This document shows, in pieces, positions 46,694-56,795 of a stretch of 64,000 nucleotides of DNA. The notes under the pieces are model-generated. The model was not told the DNA's origin, made no database searches, and saw only the letters and a program-made list of their open reading frames with translations. Position 1 is the stretch's first letter. The number at the start of each line of letters is the position of its first letter. This DNA comes from Candidatus Thorarchaeota archaeon (lineage in GTDB: Archaea; Asgardarchaeota; Thorarchaeia; Thorarchaeales; Thorarchaeaceae). The position numbers were made by a program, and so were the translations under genes. Location: assembly GCA_020348985.1 (NCBI GenBank), contig CP070761.1, positions 1,305,747 through 1,369,746 on the forward strand, given 5' to 3'.

Positions 46694-47173
46694 TCACTGA
46701 GCTTTGGACTGACCTCCGCTCCTTTCGCAGACCTTCTCGCGGGGGGCTTCTTCTCTAGGTCTGCAGGATGTATTCTTGACTCCCATCATGTCCAACATTC
46801 TTGACTCAACCATGGTCAGTCTCGATGGGACATCAACTTGTTTACGTGACTTCATGATGGCCTGAATTTTCAGCTTGACATCCGACCCGGATTGGCTTGA
46901 AACTGATTGAAGCATAAAGGACCTGAGGTCTGATTCGGAAGGGACTCCTGATATGACTGTGCGACCGGAGACTAGTGTAGGAACAACCAATACATTGTAC
47001 AAACTCGCGAATGTCGGATATTCCTCAACATTCACCTCAAAGACGGAAGCTTCACTTGCGATATTTTCATTCTCGTCTTCTACCATCTTCCTGACAACAT
47101 CGCACCAGGTGCAATGATATGATGTGAATAGCAGAATCATGCATGAATCCCTTCGAGGATATTGGTTTGTCAC
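46694..47173 (-). CDS. Thioredoxin-family protein
   Basis: CTWC, VPTL cis-Pro loop. Confidence 0.8.
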   Translation of the reverse strand: MTNQYPRRDSCMILLFTSYHCTWCDVVRKMVEDENENIASEASVFEVNVEEYPTFASLYNVLVVPTLVSGRTVISGVPSESDLRSFMLQSVSSQSGSDVKLKIQAIMKSRKQVDVPSRLTMVESRMLDMMGVKNTSCRPREEAPREKVCERSGGQSKAQ

Positions 47174-47357
47174 GATTCAGAGATTTAAGGTCGGATGAGT
47201 CAACTAGTATTGCAAACCAAACGAAGGGTTTCTTTTGTAACTACGAAGGTAGATTGGCGGTGAATGGATGAATGATTACAGTGGCACTGGCTAACTCTGT
47301 TTGTCGTAACCTTAATATCACAACCACCGGCTGGTGTTTGTGGTCTGATAGTTCAGA

Positions 47358-47434
47358 GGGCCCGTAGCTCAGCTTGGTAGAGCAGCAGGCTCATAACCTG
47401 TCGGTCGTGAGTTCAAATCTCGCCGGGCCCACCA
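47358..47434 (+). tRNA. tRNA with CAU anticodon, probably Ile2 (agmatidine) rather than Met
   Basis: Cloverleaf with GCAGG-CTCATAA-CCTGT; GGGCCC acceptor stem typical of archaeal tRNA-Ile; CCA encoded. Confidence 0.9.
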
Positions 47435-47507
47435 CTCTTCAGCAGATTGTCTTCTAGCCAGTCGACTTATACGCAGCTCTAGCATCCCACTCGGTGGAGG
47501 ACCTTGT

Positions 47508-48269
47508 TTGCAGCTCATTCCAGAAGTTGTGATGTGGGGAGCGTTGGCCAGCCTGGCGGCGGGTACTGCAACTGGGATCGGTGCAATACCTGTCCTCTTC
47601 GGTCGTGACTATGGACGGCGTTCCCTTGACCTTATGTTGGGATTCGCTGCCGGTGTGATGCTTGCGGCATCAGCTTTCAGTCTACTTGTGCCAGCGCTAG
47701 AACATGAATTCGGGGGCGTGTGGGTCACCGCATTGGGATTTGGTTTAGGTGGTGTCTTCCTTGTTCTTGCAGACAAGCTCATTCCGCACGATCATTTCAT
47801 GAAAGGTCACGAAGGGCCTTCGTCCGGAATGGAGAGGATATGGCTTCTTGTTCTCGCAATAACCATACATAATTTCCCAGAAGGGTTAGCGGTGGGTGTG
47901 GCGTTTGGGTCTGCAGACGCGGCCACTGGGACGGCTATTGCGATAGCAATAGGAATGCAAAACATACCGGAAGGACTGGCTGTGGCAATGCCTCTTGTAA
48001 GAGAAGGTTGGACTCGTGCAAGGGCTGCAGGTCTGGCGTTGATGACAGGCCTCGTAGAACCAGTAGGAGGGCTGCTTGGGGTTTCAGTCGTTTCAATCTC
48101 AACATTTCTACTGCCGTATGGCCTAGCCTTTGCCGCTGGAGCAATGGTATATGTTGTGAGTTCTGAGATGATCCCTGAGAGCCACTCCGGCGGTTATGAG
48201 AGATTCGCCACTGTTGGGGTAATGATTGGTTTCATCATTATGATGGTCTTGGACAATGTATTCGGATGA
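47508..48269 (+). CDS. ZIP-family (GufA/ZupT) metal transporter
   Basis: AITIHNFPEG, QNIPEG, EMIPE. Confidence 0.93.
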   Translation: MQLIPEVVMWGALASLAAGTATGIGAIPVLFGRDYGRRSLDLMLGFAAGVMLAASAFSLLVPALEHEFGGVWVTALGFGLGGVFLVLADKLIPHDHFMKGHEGPSSGMERIWLLVLAITIHNFPEGLAVGVAFGSADAATGTAIAIAIGMQNIPEGLAVAMPLVREGWTRARAAGLALMTGLVEPVGGLLGVSVVSISTFLLPYGLAFAAGAMVYVVSSEMIPESHSGGYERFATVGVMIGFIIMMVLDNVFG

Positions 48270-48332
48270 GAACTGCGCTCGAATATCGATGCTCTTGGAA
48301 GATGGGTTGCATAATCATTTAATATCCCCTAC

Positions 48333-48830
48333 TTGGAAGAGGCGCGAGTAGTGACGATAATGTCTAGACGTATGCACTTCGACCGTCGTGCTCTTGGAGC
48401 AATTGCCATTGTGTTAATAGCTGTGGGTTTCATGTCTTTCACACCAGTGAACATTAGTGGCCAGGCAACACTGTCGCTTTCACTGGACCGCAATGTGGGG
48501 ATGGCTTTGGGGAGTATCATCCAAGGAGTCTTTACATTACGCGGAAGCGGACCGGACACGATTGTCAGTTTGGCTGTGTTCTTCAACGGTGTTGAGGTGC
48601 ATTCGGTTACTGGAAACAGCATTGCTTGGCAATTTGACACTGCAGAATACGCTTCGGGCTCCACCAACATTACATTGGTGGGATGGGACTCGATGAATGA
48701 AACATCCCAGACAACTCTGGAAGTCTATTTTCTCGGCGGAATCATGAGTACCATAATCACTGTGGGGATAGTTGGACTTGTAATTGTACTCATTATAGTA
48801 AGATATCTGCCGAAACTCAGACGAGAATAA
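48333..48830 (+). CDS. Membrane protein with Ig-like extracellular domain
   Basis: N- and C-terminal TM segments flanking a beta-rich region. Confidence 0.65.
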   Translation: MEEARVVTIMSRRMHFDRRALGAIAIVLIAVGFMSFTPVNISGQATLSLSLDRNVGMALGSIIQGVFTLRGSGPDTIVSLAVFFNGVEVHSVTGNSIAWQFDTAEYASGSTNITLVGWDSMNETSQTTLEVYFLGGIMSTIITVGIVGLVIVLIIVRYLPKLRRE

Positions 48831-48951
48831 GACGCGAAACCAACTTGATAGGATGAACTGATAGGTTCTTCGTGAGTTGGATGCCGTCTAAGATACATTG
48901 GCCTACAGCAATGTTAATATTCCAAACCGAAGGTGAAAGCGCTACGAGCAA

Positions 48952-49056
48952 GCCGCCGTGGCTCAGTAGGTAGAGCGACAGCCTGTTATCGTACGGGCTT
49001 TTGCTTGAACGACAGAGAGTTGTTGGTCGCAGGTTCGAGCCCTGCCGGCGGCGCCA
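48952..49056 (+). tRNA. tRNA-Asn(GUU) with 29-nt intron at 37/38 (48989-49017)
   Basis: ACAGC-CTGTTA|intron|A-GTTGT; BHB with CTGT/ACAG central helix; CCA encoded. Confidence 0.93.
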
Positions 49057-49101
49057 TCCTTCATTCTATTCAGGACCAAGCTTGCAACTGTTTCCTAGGT
49101 A

Positions 49102-49476
49102 CTAGTCTCCTGTTGGTTTGACGGTACTGCCCTCTACCATCAGTATTGCAGTCCGTTCTGGGGCTCTTGTGCGGTGTTTGATTCCTCTTGGAACCATGAA
49201 TCCCTGTCGGGAATTCAACTCAACAGTTTTGTCTTCTAGGTCAATGAGAAGGGAACCGCTGACCACATAGAAGAATTCATCTTCTCGGTCATGCTTGTGC
49301 CAATGGAAATCTCCTTCTATGACACCGAGTCGGATGACACAATCATTGACATTCGACAGTGGTAGATTCTGCCACTGCTTCTCGCAAGCATCAATTATGC
49401 CAGGAATATCAATGAGTTCCAAAGGGCCGAACTCAACATCTGTACTGATCGAGTATTTAGAATCGTTATCCATCAT
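49102..49476 (-). CDS. Cupin-domain protein
   Basis: GDFHWHKH..EDEFFYV, VPRG..HRT. Confidence 0.9.
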   Translation of the reverse strand: MMDNDSKYSISTDVEFGPLELIDIPGIIDACEKQWQNLPLSNVNDCVIRLGVIEGDFHWHKHDREDEFFYVVSGSLLIDLEDKTVELNSRQGFMVPRGIKHRTRAPERTAILMVEGSTVKPTGD

Positions 49477-49501
49477 GCTACACCCCAGTTGAAGATTGGG
49501 A

Positions 49502-49810
49502 CTATTCCTCGATTACTCTTCTGGTTATCTTGAAAACGACCTGATGTGTGTAGTCACTACATCCTAGCGTGATACTGTCGTCTTCCATCCAGGAAAACTT
49601 GCCTCCTGACAACATAACTAGAATCCAAGGATACATGACATGAAACGCACTAGGACACATTTTTCCTCGGTCCTCTGGATACTCGTATGCGTCACCGGCT
49701 TTCTGACCCATGGAGCATTTTCCGTTTCCGAGAACGTCAATCACTTCAATCTTCAACTTGTATCGGACCATGACTGCCACATCGACTGTTTTCCTTAATG
49801 CGAAATCCAT
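49502..49810 (-). CDS. TIGR04076-like Cys protein
   Basis: GKC..G..GD, MCPSAF, GCSD, VVFKI. Confidence 0.75.
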   Translation of the reverse strand: MDFALRKTVDVAVMVRYKLKIEVIDVLGNGKCSMGQKAGDAYEYPEDRGKMCPSAFHVMYPWILVMLSGGKFSWMEDDSITLGCSDYTHQVVFKITRRVIEE

Positions 49811-49919
49811 TAGAAAGGGCTCGACTCACGCAATATGAATATTAATCGCTGCTAGGTCAAATGACTAGCTTAGATGTTCAATGTGTAATACTCAAAAACA
49901 ATAGGTTTGGCGTCAGATT

Positions 49920-50456
49920 ATGCCCTCCAAGAATGACCACGTATCCATGACTGTTTGGTGCCCACTGATCCCACTGGAGGACATTGGCAAGTTGGTCGGC
50001 CACGAAAACGAGCTGTCAAGAATCAACGGAGCCTACGATGATTGGCGAGTCTCAATGAGAAGCAAGCCATTAGTTGGCGTTGATATGGGTGTGCTCCTAG
50101 ACAGAATCAGAATGCTTATGATAAATGTGGGGATTGCAGGCGGTCAAGACCGAATATTGGCTAGTAGGGTACAAAGCATTCTTTCTGATGCGCTAAGGAA
50201 CAATGCCCTAATCTTGATTGAGAGAATGTTTCCCGCATCAGAAGGACTCGATCAATTCAGAGTAGTCTTGAATGATTTCTTCACTAAGTTGAAGTTCACA
50301 CGGGACATCTTCCCTGAAGAAGAGATGGAGAAGGCGGTTTCGAAGAATGTCATGGGAAGTGGCAGTGGTGCTGTGAAGGAATTGCTCTTACAGGGTACCA
50401 AAGTTGTGAAGAACTTGTATATTCGCCTACTGAGTCCCGATCCATGGGGCTGGTAA
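49920..50456 (+). CDS. Hypothetical protein
   Basis: 178-aa ORF filling the gap; no motif recognised. Confidence 0.65.
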   Translation: MPSKNDHVSMTVWCPLIPLEDIGKLVGHENELSRINGAYDDWRVSMRSKPLVGVDMGVLLDRIRMLMINVGIAGGQDRILASRVQSILSDALRNNALILIERMFPASEGLDQFRVVLNDFFTKLKFTRDIFPEEEMEKAVSKNVMGSGSGAVKELLLQGTKVVKNLYIRLLSPDPWGW

Positions 50457-50469
50457 CGAAAGTACAAAC

Positions 50470-51042
50470 TTAGATTCGTGTAATTTTATCGTCTCGTTTC
50501 TGGAATCTAGCTTCTGATTTCTTTACGACATGCCAGTCAGTGTAATGAAGCGTCACTAGAAGCTCGCTGCCCGAAACCTCGAGTTCTATGAAACTGGCAT
50601 CTGTCTTCCCAGCCCAGCCCCCAGTAGCACCTGAAACCGTCCCCGGGTTGAGAAGAAGCTTGTTTCTATGAAGTTCGATTGCAGGCTTGTGTGTATGCCC
50701 GTGAACTGCAATATCAACGCCAGAGTCAGTGAGCATCTCCCAGAGTTGTTTGGCATTGCCGCGAGGTCTGAGTTGGGTTCCATGAAACAGCAAAAACTTG
50801 TATTCCTCAATCTGGACCAACTCATGATGATTGTAGCTAGAACCATAGTCCATGTTGCCAATAACAAAATGTGATTTGGGGAGAGTCGGCATTGCATCTC
50901 TCATAGCCTGCTCCCGCACTAAGTCCCCCGTTACCAGTGCAAGGTCATAATCTGTGCGTTCGATGTGTTCATAGAACTCCTCTGGAATTGAGTCCCTTCT
51001 CGAGGGAATGTGGGCATCTCCAAATACGAGTACTCGTTTCAA
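50470..51042 (-). CDS. Vps29/YfcE-like metallophosphoesterase
   Basis: GDAHIP, TGD, GNMD, HG, GHTH, NPG. Confidence 0.88.
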   Translation of the reverse strand: MKRVLVFGDAHIPSRRDSIPEEFYEHIERTDYDLALVTGDLVREQAMRDAMPTLPKSHFVIGNMDYGSSYNHHELVQIEEYKFLLFHGTQLRPRGNAKQLWEMLTDSGVDIAVHGHTHKPAIELHRNKLLLNPGTVSGATGGWAGKTDASFIELEVSGSELLVTLHYTDWHVVKKSEARFQKRDDKITRI

Positions 51043-51052
51043 TCACGGGCCC

Positions 51053-53302
51053 TCAGGACCTTCCTTTTGAAAGGTTTTGAAGTATTTTGGCGTAGACTTC
51101 TTGTTTCTTCCCTTTTGTAAGCTTTGTAAGCCTCTCGACAATGAGTTCAGGTGTGCTCCTAGCAAGATGTCCAAAACGTGGTGTTCTATCAACAATCAAC
51201 TCAAGCTCTTCGTCGAGTCCACGCGCTTCAATGCCATCAATCCTAACTGAGGCTGAACACACTTCTGCAATCTCTTTTGCAAGGTGGCTGCATAGGACTG
51301 TGGACGTCTGTGGATCGCTCTGTAGAATCTCTATCAGACCAGCAATCACATTGGCTGCACTTCCGGGCTCAGTTATTGCTTCAACCTCGTCAAAGAGTGC
51401 CAGTTTGGACTTGTCCGATACGACTATGTCTGCAAACTGCTTTAGAGTTGTTTCGAAGGCACCTGCACTGACCATGCCACGGCTTTTGTAGAAGAAGTAA
51501 ATCTCCTCGAACACCTTTAGATGGGATTTCCTGGCGGGAACTGGGAAACCAGTCTGAGCCAATGTCACGATTTGAGCAAGAGTCTGAATTGTCGTTGTCT
51601 TCCCGCCACTGTTGGCACCTGACAGAATGGCACAGTTCTCACCTTTCGTGCCTTCAGGAACAAAGGGGGTGGTTCCAATCGCATAGTCAATCGGCTGAAC
51701 TGGCCCGTGCTTTCCCTTTAGCATGCTTTCTGTCAGGAACAGATTGCTGGCCCCCTCTACGCCAACGCCTTCATAGTCCAGCGAGACTTCTGGAGTATGA
51801 AGATCATAGTCAGTAGCAAACAATCCAACAGCAAGGAAAAGATCAAACTCAAGAAGCGTCTGGACGGCTTGGGTGACTGTCTCTTTCAGTTCCTCAAGCT
51901 CTCCGGCATTCTTCTTTATGAGTCGGAACTGTCTGTCAGCGTAGAGTCTCCGCAGTCTATCTTCGAGGTCATTGACTCTTTGAGAAACCATGACGACTGG
52001 CAGGGCAATTTCCTCGCTGATCACACCAACGACCCAATCTGATTCTCGAGCTGAGAGGCCCAGCATCTTGGTCAGCTTGTCCTCTGCCTCTTGTACGGTA
52101 CCAGTGAATGTTTCAATAATCTCAGGCGGGAGCATGTTCCTCATGGCACTTCCGTCAACGCCATCAACATCAGCTGATTGGAGAATGCTGATAATCTGTT
52201 GACCTCCAAGCGTGACTTCACTTTTCACAATTCGGGACTTGATCTCCTCGTTAAGCCAAGCCTCGCTTTCAGCGACTGCGGTCGGAAACGCCTTTACCGC
52301 AGCCCTGAATCTATCTAGTTCGGAGTCCACTCCATCGACAATATCGCCTTCTTCATCGAGACCCCTCAAGATTGCTCCAACCTTGTTAAGAGCATCTGCA
52401 TCAAGTCCACTCACAAATCCTTGAACTGATGGGTTTGAGGGTAGTGTGGACAAAACTTCTACAAGTTCACAGGAAGCTTCAATCACCCGATAATTCCGTG
52501 AGTAGAATACAATGGTTCGCTCAGGAAGAATATCTCCAGGCGACCAATTCTTGCCAAGAATCTCAACATTGTCCAGCATATCTATGGAGTCATCCAGAAC
52601 ACCCAATGGGGATACATACATGACCATGTCATAACCACGGGCATAATCCGCTGCAGATTCGCCTTCTGAAATCAGATAGACAGGGCACCATTTGTCTAGA
52701 CCATCGACAATAATCTTGTCGAAGGTCTTCTCATCATCTGTTATTATGACGCGGCCCGGGATTCGTTTTGCTCGAGTACGTCTGTAGAGTCCTCTCACTT
52801 GAGTGAGTAGTGACCGGAGCTTCTCACGTTGCTCATCACTCAGTCGCCTTGCCATGTCAGCCGCATCGGCAAAATGCTGTTGTCGTTCCAAAATCACGTC
52901 GAGCTTTGACGGAGGAAGAGGAAAGTAGAGCAGGAGTTTATCCCGTCCATAGGTTGTGTTCGCATAGCCTTGAATGATCTCCAGTGTTGACTCGAATATC
53001 TTCCTCACGTCTGTACTTCGGAGAATGGCACTTGAGCTGGCACCAAACTCAACTTCATACGCAGACTTGACAATATTCACTGCCTGCCTTGAACCAATCC
53101 CCGGAACTGCGGCAACAAGATCCACTCTTGAATCGACTATCACTTTGAGCGCGACAGCCTCGCTTCCGAAGTGATCGACAAGGGCCTTTCGTACCTTGTC
53201 GCCTACACCTGGAATATCAGATAGACTCTCTAGATTCAATCTTGCATCCTCATTTTCGACGTAGTCATCTGCCAACACCAATGTCGCCCTTATAGTCTTC
53301 AC
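51053..53302 (-). CDS. Archaeal MutS-like ATPase with N-terminal HhH (MutS5-type)
   Basis: IPGVG/VPGIG HhH, SGANSGGKTT, AGAFE, FDEVEAITEPG. Confidence 0.85.
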   Translation of the reverse strand: MKTIRATLVLADDYVENEDARLNLESLSDIPGVGDKVRKALVDHFGSEAVALKVIVDSRVDLVAAVPGIGSRQAVNIVKSAYEVEFGASSSAILRSTDVRKIFESTLEIIQGYANTTYGRDKLLLYFPLPPSKLDVILERQQHFADAADMARRLSDEQREKLRSLLTQVRGLYRRTRAKRIPGRVIITDDEKTFDKIIVDGLDKWCPVYLISEGESAADYARGYDMVMYVSPLGVLDDSIDMLDNVEILGKNWSPGDILPERTIVFYSRNYRVIEASCELVEVLSTLPSNPSVQGFVSGLDADALNKVGAILRGLDEEGDIVDGVDSELDRFRAAVKAFPTAVAESEAWLNEEIKSRIVKSEVTLGGQQIISILQSADVDGVDGSAMRNMLPPEIIETFTGTVQEAEDKLTKMLGLSARESDWVVGVISEEIALPVVMVSQRVNDLEDRLRRLYADRQFRLIKKNAGELEELKETVTQAVQTLLEFDLFLAVGLFATDYDLHTPEVSLDYEGVGVEGASNLFLTESMLKGKHGPVQPIDYAIGTTPFVPEGTKGENCAILSGANSGGKTTTIQTLAQIVTLAQTGFPVPARKSHLKVFEEIYFFYKSRGMVSAGAFETTLKQFADIVVSDKSKLALFDEVEAITEPGSAANVIAGLIEILQSDPQTSTVLCSHLAKEIAEVCSASVRIDGIEARGLDEELELIVDRTPRFGHLARSTPELIVERLTKLTKGKKQEVYAKILQNLSKGRS

Positions 53303-53423
53303 TCTCCGTCAAGTAGACATAGACAGCAGTGGTTCCGTTCTTTATTCCCAGACATCGACATCCCTAGTCAAATGTCATGATCAACAGTACATATTCCCGT
53401 ACAAAACTGAAATCTTCGTTCAA

Positions 53424-54434
53424 TTAGTATCCGAGCTGAAGGTCAACTATGTTCTGAAGTTCATCTCCGCGGCTGAATCTGAGGATATTCTCCACCACGA
53501 ATCTCAGAGCGCCATCTTGAATGTCCTCTGTGAATCCAGCTCGGTGGGGAGAGATAACAACATTGTCCAATTCGTGGAAAGGAAAAGCCTCTGACGGAAA
53601 TTGGCCAGAACCACCCCACTTTGGAGGATAGTCCCACCAAACATCCAACGCCGCGGCCCTGACCGAACCACCTTTCAAGGCCTGATAGAGAGCCTCCTCT
53701 TCAACGATCTTCCCTCTTGAGATGTTGACCAAGATTGACGTTGGTCTCATCCAAGAAATGAATTCCTTGTCGACCAAGCATTGTGACTCTCTAGTCAATG
53801 GCAGTGCAAGAATGACAAAGTCTGCAGTTTCGACAAGAGGTTTGACCGAGTCAATGCTCACTAGCTGATCTGCCAGACTACTATTCAAGGACTTTCCGGA
53901 CCTTGTTGCGGCAGTAATCTTGACTTCAAAGCCCTTCAGTCGTTTGGCTATTTCTGATCCAATGTGTCCAAGCCCTATCATCAGGCACGTCTTTCCTCTT
54001 ATCTCAGTGTTCGGACTTGGACCTCCGAACGCATGAATCCAATCACCCTTTCGAAATTCTCTGTCGCTGATGATTATGTTCTTCGCGGCAGCCAATAGAA
54101 GAGAAATCGCGTATTCGGCCACTTCTGCAGCGTGAACGTGTGAGTTGCAGACTATGATATCACCTCTTTCACGTACTGCATCAAGATCAATTCTATCAAT
54201 TCCTGTCCCCATTGTCTGTATCATCCTGAGATTTGGAGCGTCATGTATGTACTCGACTGGCACTCGCATGGAAACGAGAACGTCTGCGTCGCGCCCCTTT
54301 TCGAGCATGTCGCCTAGATTTCCCCCGGACTGAACAACCTCGAAACTAGGACCAAAGAGTGTGCGCATGACTTCAATCCGTTTGGTGTCTGGATGTGGAA
54401 CTAGAACCTTCACTGCGTTGTTCTCCCTGGCCAC
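53424..54434 (-). CDS. D-2-hydroxyacid dehydrogenase
   Basis: GLGHIG, VNISRG, ALDVW, SPHRAG. Confidence 0.92.
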   Translation of the reverse strand: MARENNAVKVLVPHPDTKRIEVMRTLFGPSFEVVQSGGNLGDMLEKGRDADVLVSMRVPVEYIHDAPNLRMIQTMGTGIDRIDLDAVRERGDIIVCNSHVHAAEVAEYAISLLLAAAKNIIISDREFRKGDWIHAFGGPSPNTEIRGKTCLMIGLGHIGSEIAKRLKGFEVKITAATRSGKSLNSSLADQLVSIDSVKPLVETADFVILALPLTRESQCLVDKEFISWMRPTSILVNISRGKIVEEEALYQALKGGSVRAAALDVWWDYPPKWGGSGQFPSEAFPFHELDNVVISPHRAGFTEDIQDGALRFVVENILRFSRGDELQNIVDLQLGY

Positions 54435-54534
54435 CTTCTCAGAACCAAGATTTAAGGAGCTGTCTACAGTTGGCTGCCTTCCAAAGAATATGAAGGAACG
54501 GACCTGAACAAACAGGCCCGCGAACGGTCTGAGT

Positions 54535-56019
54535 CTAGTAGGAGCGAGCTATGTAGACGATTTCCTGGGCGGGCTTTCCACAAACTAGACAGATTCCTTC
54601 CGGTTTGTCTTCGACATCAATGCGTGTACCGCGAATCTCGCCTCGGGTCTTGTCCTTGAGCTCTTCTGCGCAACTAGCTCCATCCATTTCAGTGGTGCAG
54701 AATGGCACTCTCGCAATCTTGCCTTTATTCAGGGCATCGTCGACACCACCTATTGTGTCTGCATCGATTGTTAGACCTTCAAACTTGGCCTCTGCGTTGG
54801 ATCGTAGAGTGCGATCTATCTCATCACCCAGTTCTGAGATTCGTTTGCCAAGTTTGTCGATTTTCACGGTCTCGCGCTCCATAGAGTCTCTTCTAAACAG
54901 AACAGCCTGTTTCGACTTGAGATCTCTGGGCCCGGCCTCCAGTCGAATGGGCACTCCTTTCATTTCCCAGTAGTTGTACTTCCATCCTGGCGTGGCATCA
55001 AAATCATCCAAATGTACTCGGAATCCTTCTGCACGGAGTGTGTCTTCTATCTCCCGGCAGTACTTCATGATCTTATCCTCGTTATCTGTCGTGAAGATAG
55101 GTACGACAACCACTTGGTACGGAGCGATTTTGAAAGGTAATCTGAGACCTTTGTTATCTCCATGCACAGATATCAAAGCGCCATAAATTCGTGAAACTGC
55201 TGGTCCATAGCATGTCTGATAGGCATACTTCTTCTCGTTGTTCTCATCCAGGTATTGTATGTTGAATGCTCTTGCGAAGTTGTCGCCCAAGTCATGCGTG
55301 GATGGTAGCTGAATCACTTTCCCGTCTGGCATCAAAGTGTCAGCGGCAAAAGTGTCCACTCCACCTGGAAACTTATCCCATTGAGTTCGTCGAAATACCA
55401 TTACAGGAATCAGATAGTTGTCTGTAACAACCTCTTTGGTTGTTTCCAAATCCTCCATTACCTGTGCACGGGCGCCATCATGAGTCTTGAATACATTGTG
55501 ACTCTCAATCCAGAGAAACTCCCGTCCTCTTAGGAATGGCCGAGTGCTCTTGACCTCGGAACGGAAAACAGAACATCTCTGATATCTTTTCATGGGTAGA
55601 TCTCGCCAGCTCCGAACCCACAATGAATAGAGTGGGTAGATTGCGGTTTCACTTGTTGGTCTTAGTGCCAGTCTTTCTTCGAGCTTAACACCATCACCGA
55701 TGCTCTCTATCCAAAACACATCAGGAGAAAACCCCTCAACATGTTCCTCTTCCTTTGTCAGATTACTTTCTGGTATCACAGTGGGAAACAACATTGGCAG
55801 ATGCTTTTTGCGCTGCAGCGCATCCTCCAGGATGTCATACATGAGTTCCATGCTCATGACAGACCAAGGCAGAAACGGAGTGAATCCTTTGACACCATAT
55901 CTGATGTCAGCCAATTCTGCAACCTTGACGATCTCTCCAAACCAGTCGGGAAAACTGTCCTCCTTGCTTATGTTGAAAATCACTTGTCGACTATGATTTG
56001 TGTTATCTTCGTTACTCAT
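54535..56019 (-). CDS. proS: Prolyl-tRNA synthetase (archaeal/eukaryotic type)
   Basis: LRPTSET, R.REFLW, WEMKGVP.R, C-terminal ARSY. Confidence 0.96.
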   Translation of the reverse strand: MSNEDNTNHSRQVIFNISKEDSFPDWFGEIVKVAELADIRYGVKGFTPFLPWSVMSMELMYDILEDALQRKKHLPMLFPTVIPESNLTKEEEHVEGFSPDVFWIESIGDGVKLEERLALRPTSETAIYPLYSLWVRSWRDLPMKRYQRCSVFRSEVKSTRPFLRGREFLWIESHNVFKTHDGARAQVMEDLETTKEVVTDNYLIPVMVFRRTQWDKFPGGVDTFAADTLMPDGKVIQLPSTHDLGDNFARAFNIQYLDENNEKKYAYQTCYGPAVSRIYGALISVHGDNKGLRLPFKIAPYQVVVVPIFTTDNEDKIMKYCREIEDTLRAEGFRVHLDDFDATPGWKYNYWEMKGVPIRLEAGPRDLKSKQAVLFRRDSMERETVKIDKLGKRISELGDEIDRTLRSNAEAKFEGLTIDADTIGGVDDALNKGKIARVPFCTTEMDGASCAEELKDKTRGEIRGTRIDVEDKPEGICLVCGKPAQEIVYIARSY

Positions 56020-56175
56020 ATTGTCACCTCACTGTGAACGATTAGTGCTATAGAGAATCGGCTAGGACAGAGAATCAGCTTCTTAGATGTTCTTCGGAAC
56101 GCCTTCACCTAGCATCAGTCGTCCACCGTCTTCTAGTCCATCATGGTTGCTATTTAAAGACTGCCTTGAGGTGTA

Positions 56176-56700
56176 CTAGCGTTTGGTCCGGACTTGCCCA
56201 ATTTCACGCATTCTTTCAGGCATCTTGTGTCTCTTCATTAGCTTGACCACGCCGGGTGGCAACAAGGATTCCCAGTCGGAACTCCCGGTACGAATTAGCT
56301 CCCTGATGTGCTTTGCACTTAGCGAATCTCGATCATGTAGTGAAGTCTCTTCGACCTTGACGCCTGCATCTCTGAGAAGCCTTTGTACAAGTGGATTGTG
56401 GGAGTAGGCTTTGTCAAAGTAAGGGACCAATGACTTGAGATGTGCCGCCCATATTGGGTGTATGTTGATATCTGGAACAGGAACGATTTGAATTCTGTCA
56501 AAAGGAAGATCCTCATCAATGAACGCCTGTCGAAGAAGCATAACTCGCTCCCCACCGGTCAGCGGATTATCAGGGGTATGTGAGTATTGGGCGCTGCCGA
56601 CTGCTATGATGAGATTCTCGCCTTTATCTAGTATCTGTCTGATTGTGTGAATATGGCCCCTGTGCACAGGCTGGAACCTACCGATGAAGATGGAGCTCAT
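56176..56700 (-). CDS. nadM: Nicotinamide-nucleotide adenylyltransferase
   Basis: IGRFQPVHRGH, GSAQ, NP.T.GER. Confidence 0.92.
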   Translation of the reverse strand: MSSIFIGRFQPVHRGHIHTIRQILDKGENLIIAVGSAQYSHTPDNPLTGGERVMLLRQAFIDEDLPFDRIQIVPVPDINIHPIWAAHLKSLVPYFDKAYSHNPLVQRLLRDAGVKVEETSLHDRDSLSAKHIRELIRTGSSDWESLLPPGVVKLMKRHKMPERMREIGQVRTKR

Positions 56701-56795
56701 CAGAATCATTGTGCAGAGTAGCGGGATGGCAAATAAGCATTGACCAACACTTGTATTCATATCTGGGTAGGGACAGACACTGTTTGGTAGTCACT

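Noticed and set aside
48933-49121. 62-aa ORF
   Set aside because: It overlaps tRNA-Asn entirely.
49815-49831. Inverted partial match to the tRNA-Asn T-arm as an att site
   Set aside because: Too short, mismatched and in the wrong orientation.
56070-56145. ATGATG..CTGA..CTGA on the - strand upstream of proS as a second C/D RNA
   Set aside because: No terminal stem, no rRNA complementarity recognised, and the C box lies too close to the TATA box to be transcribed from it.
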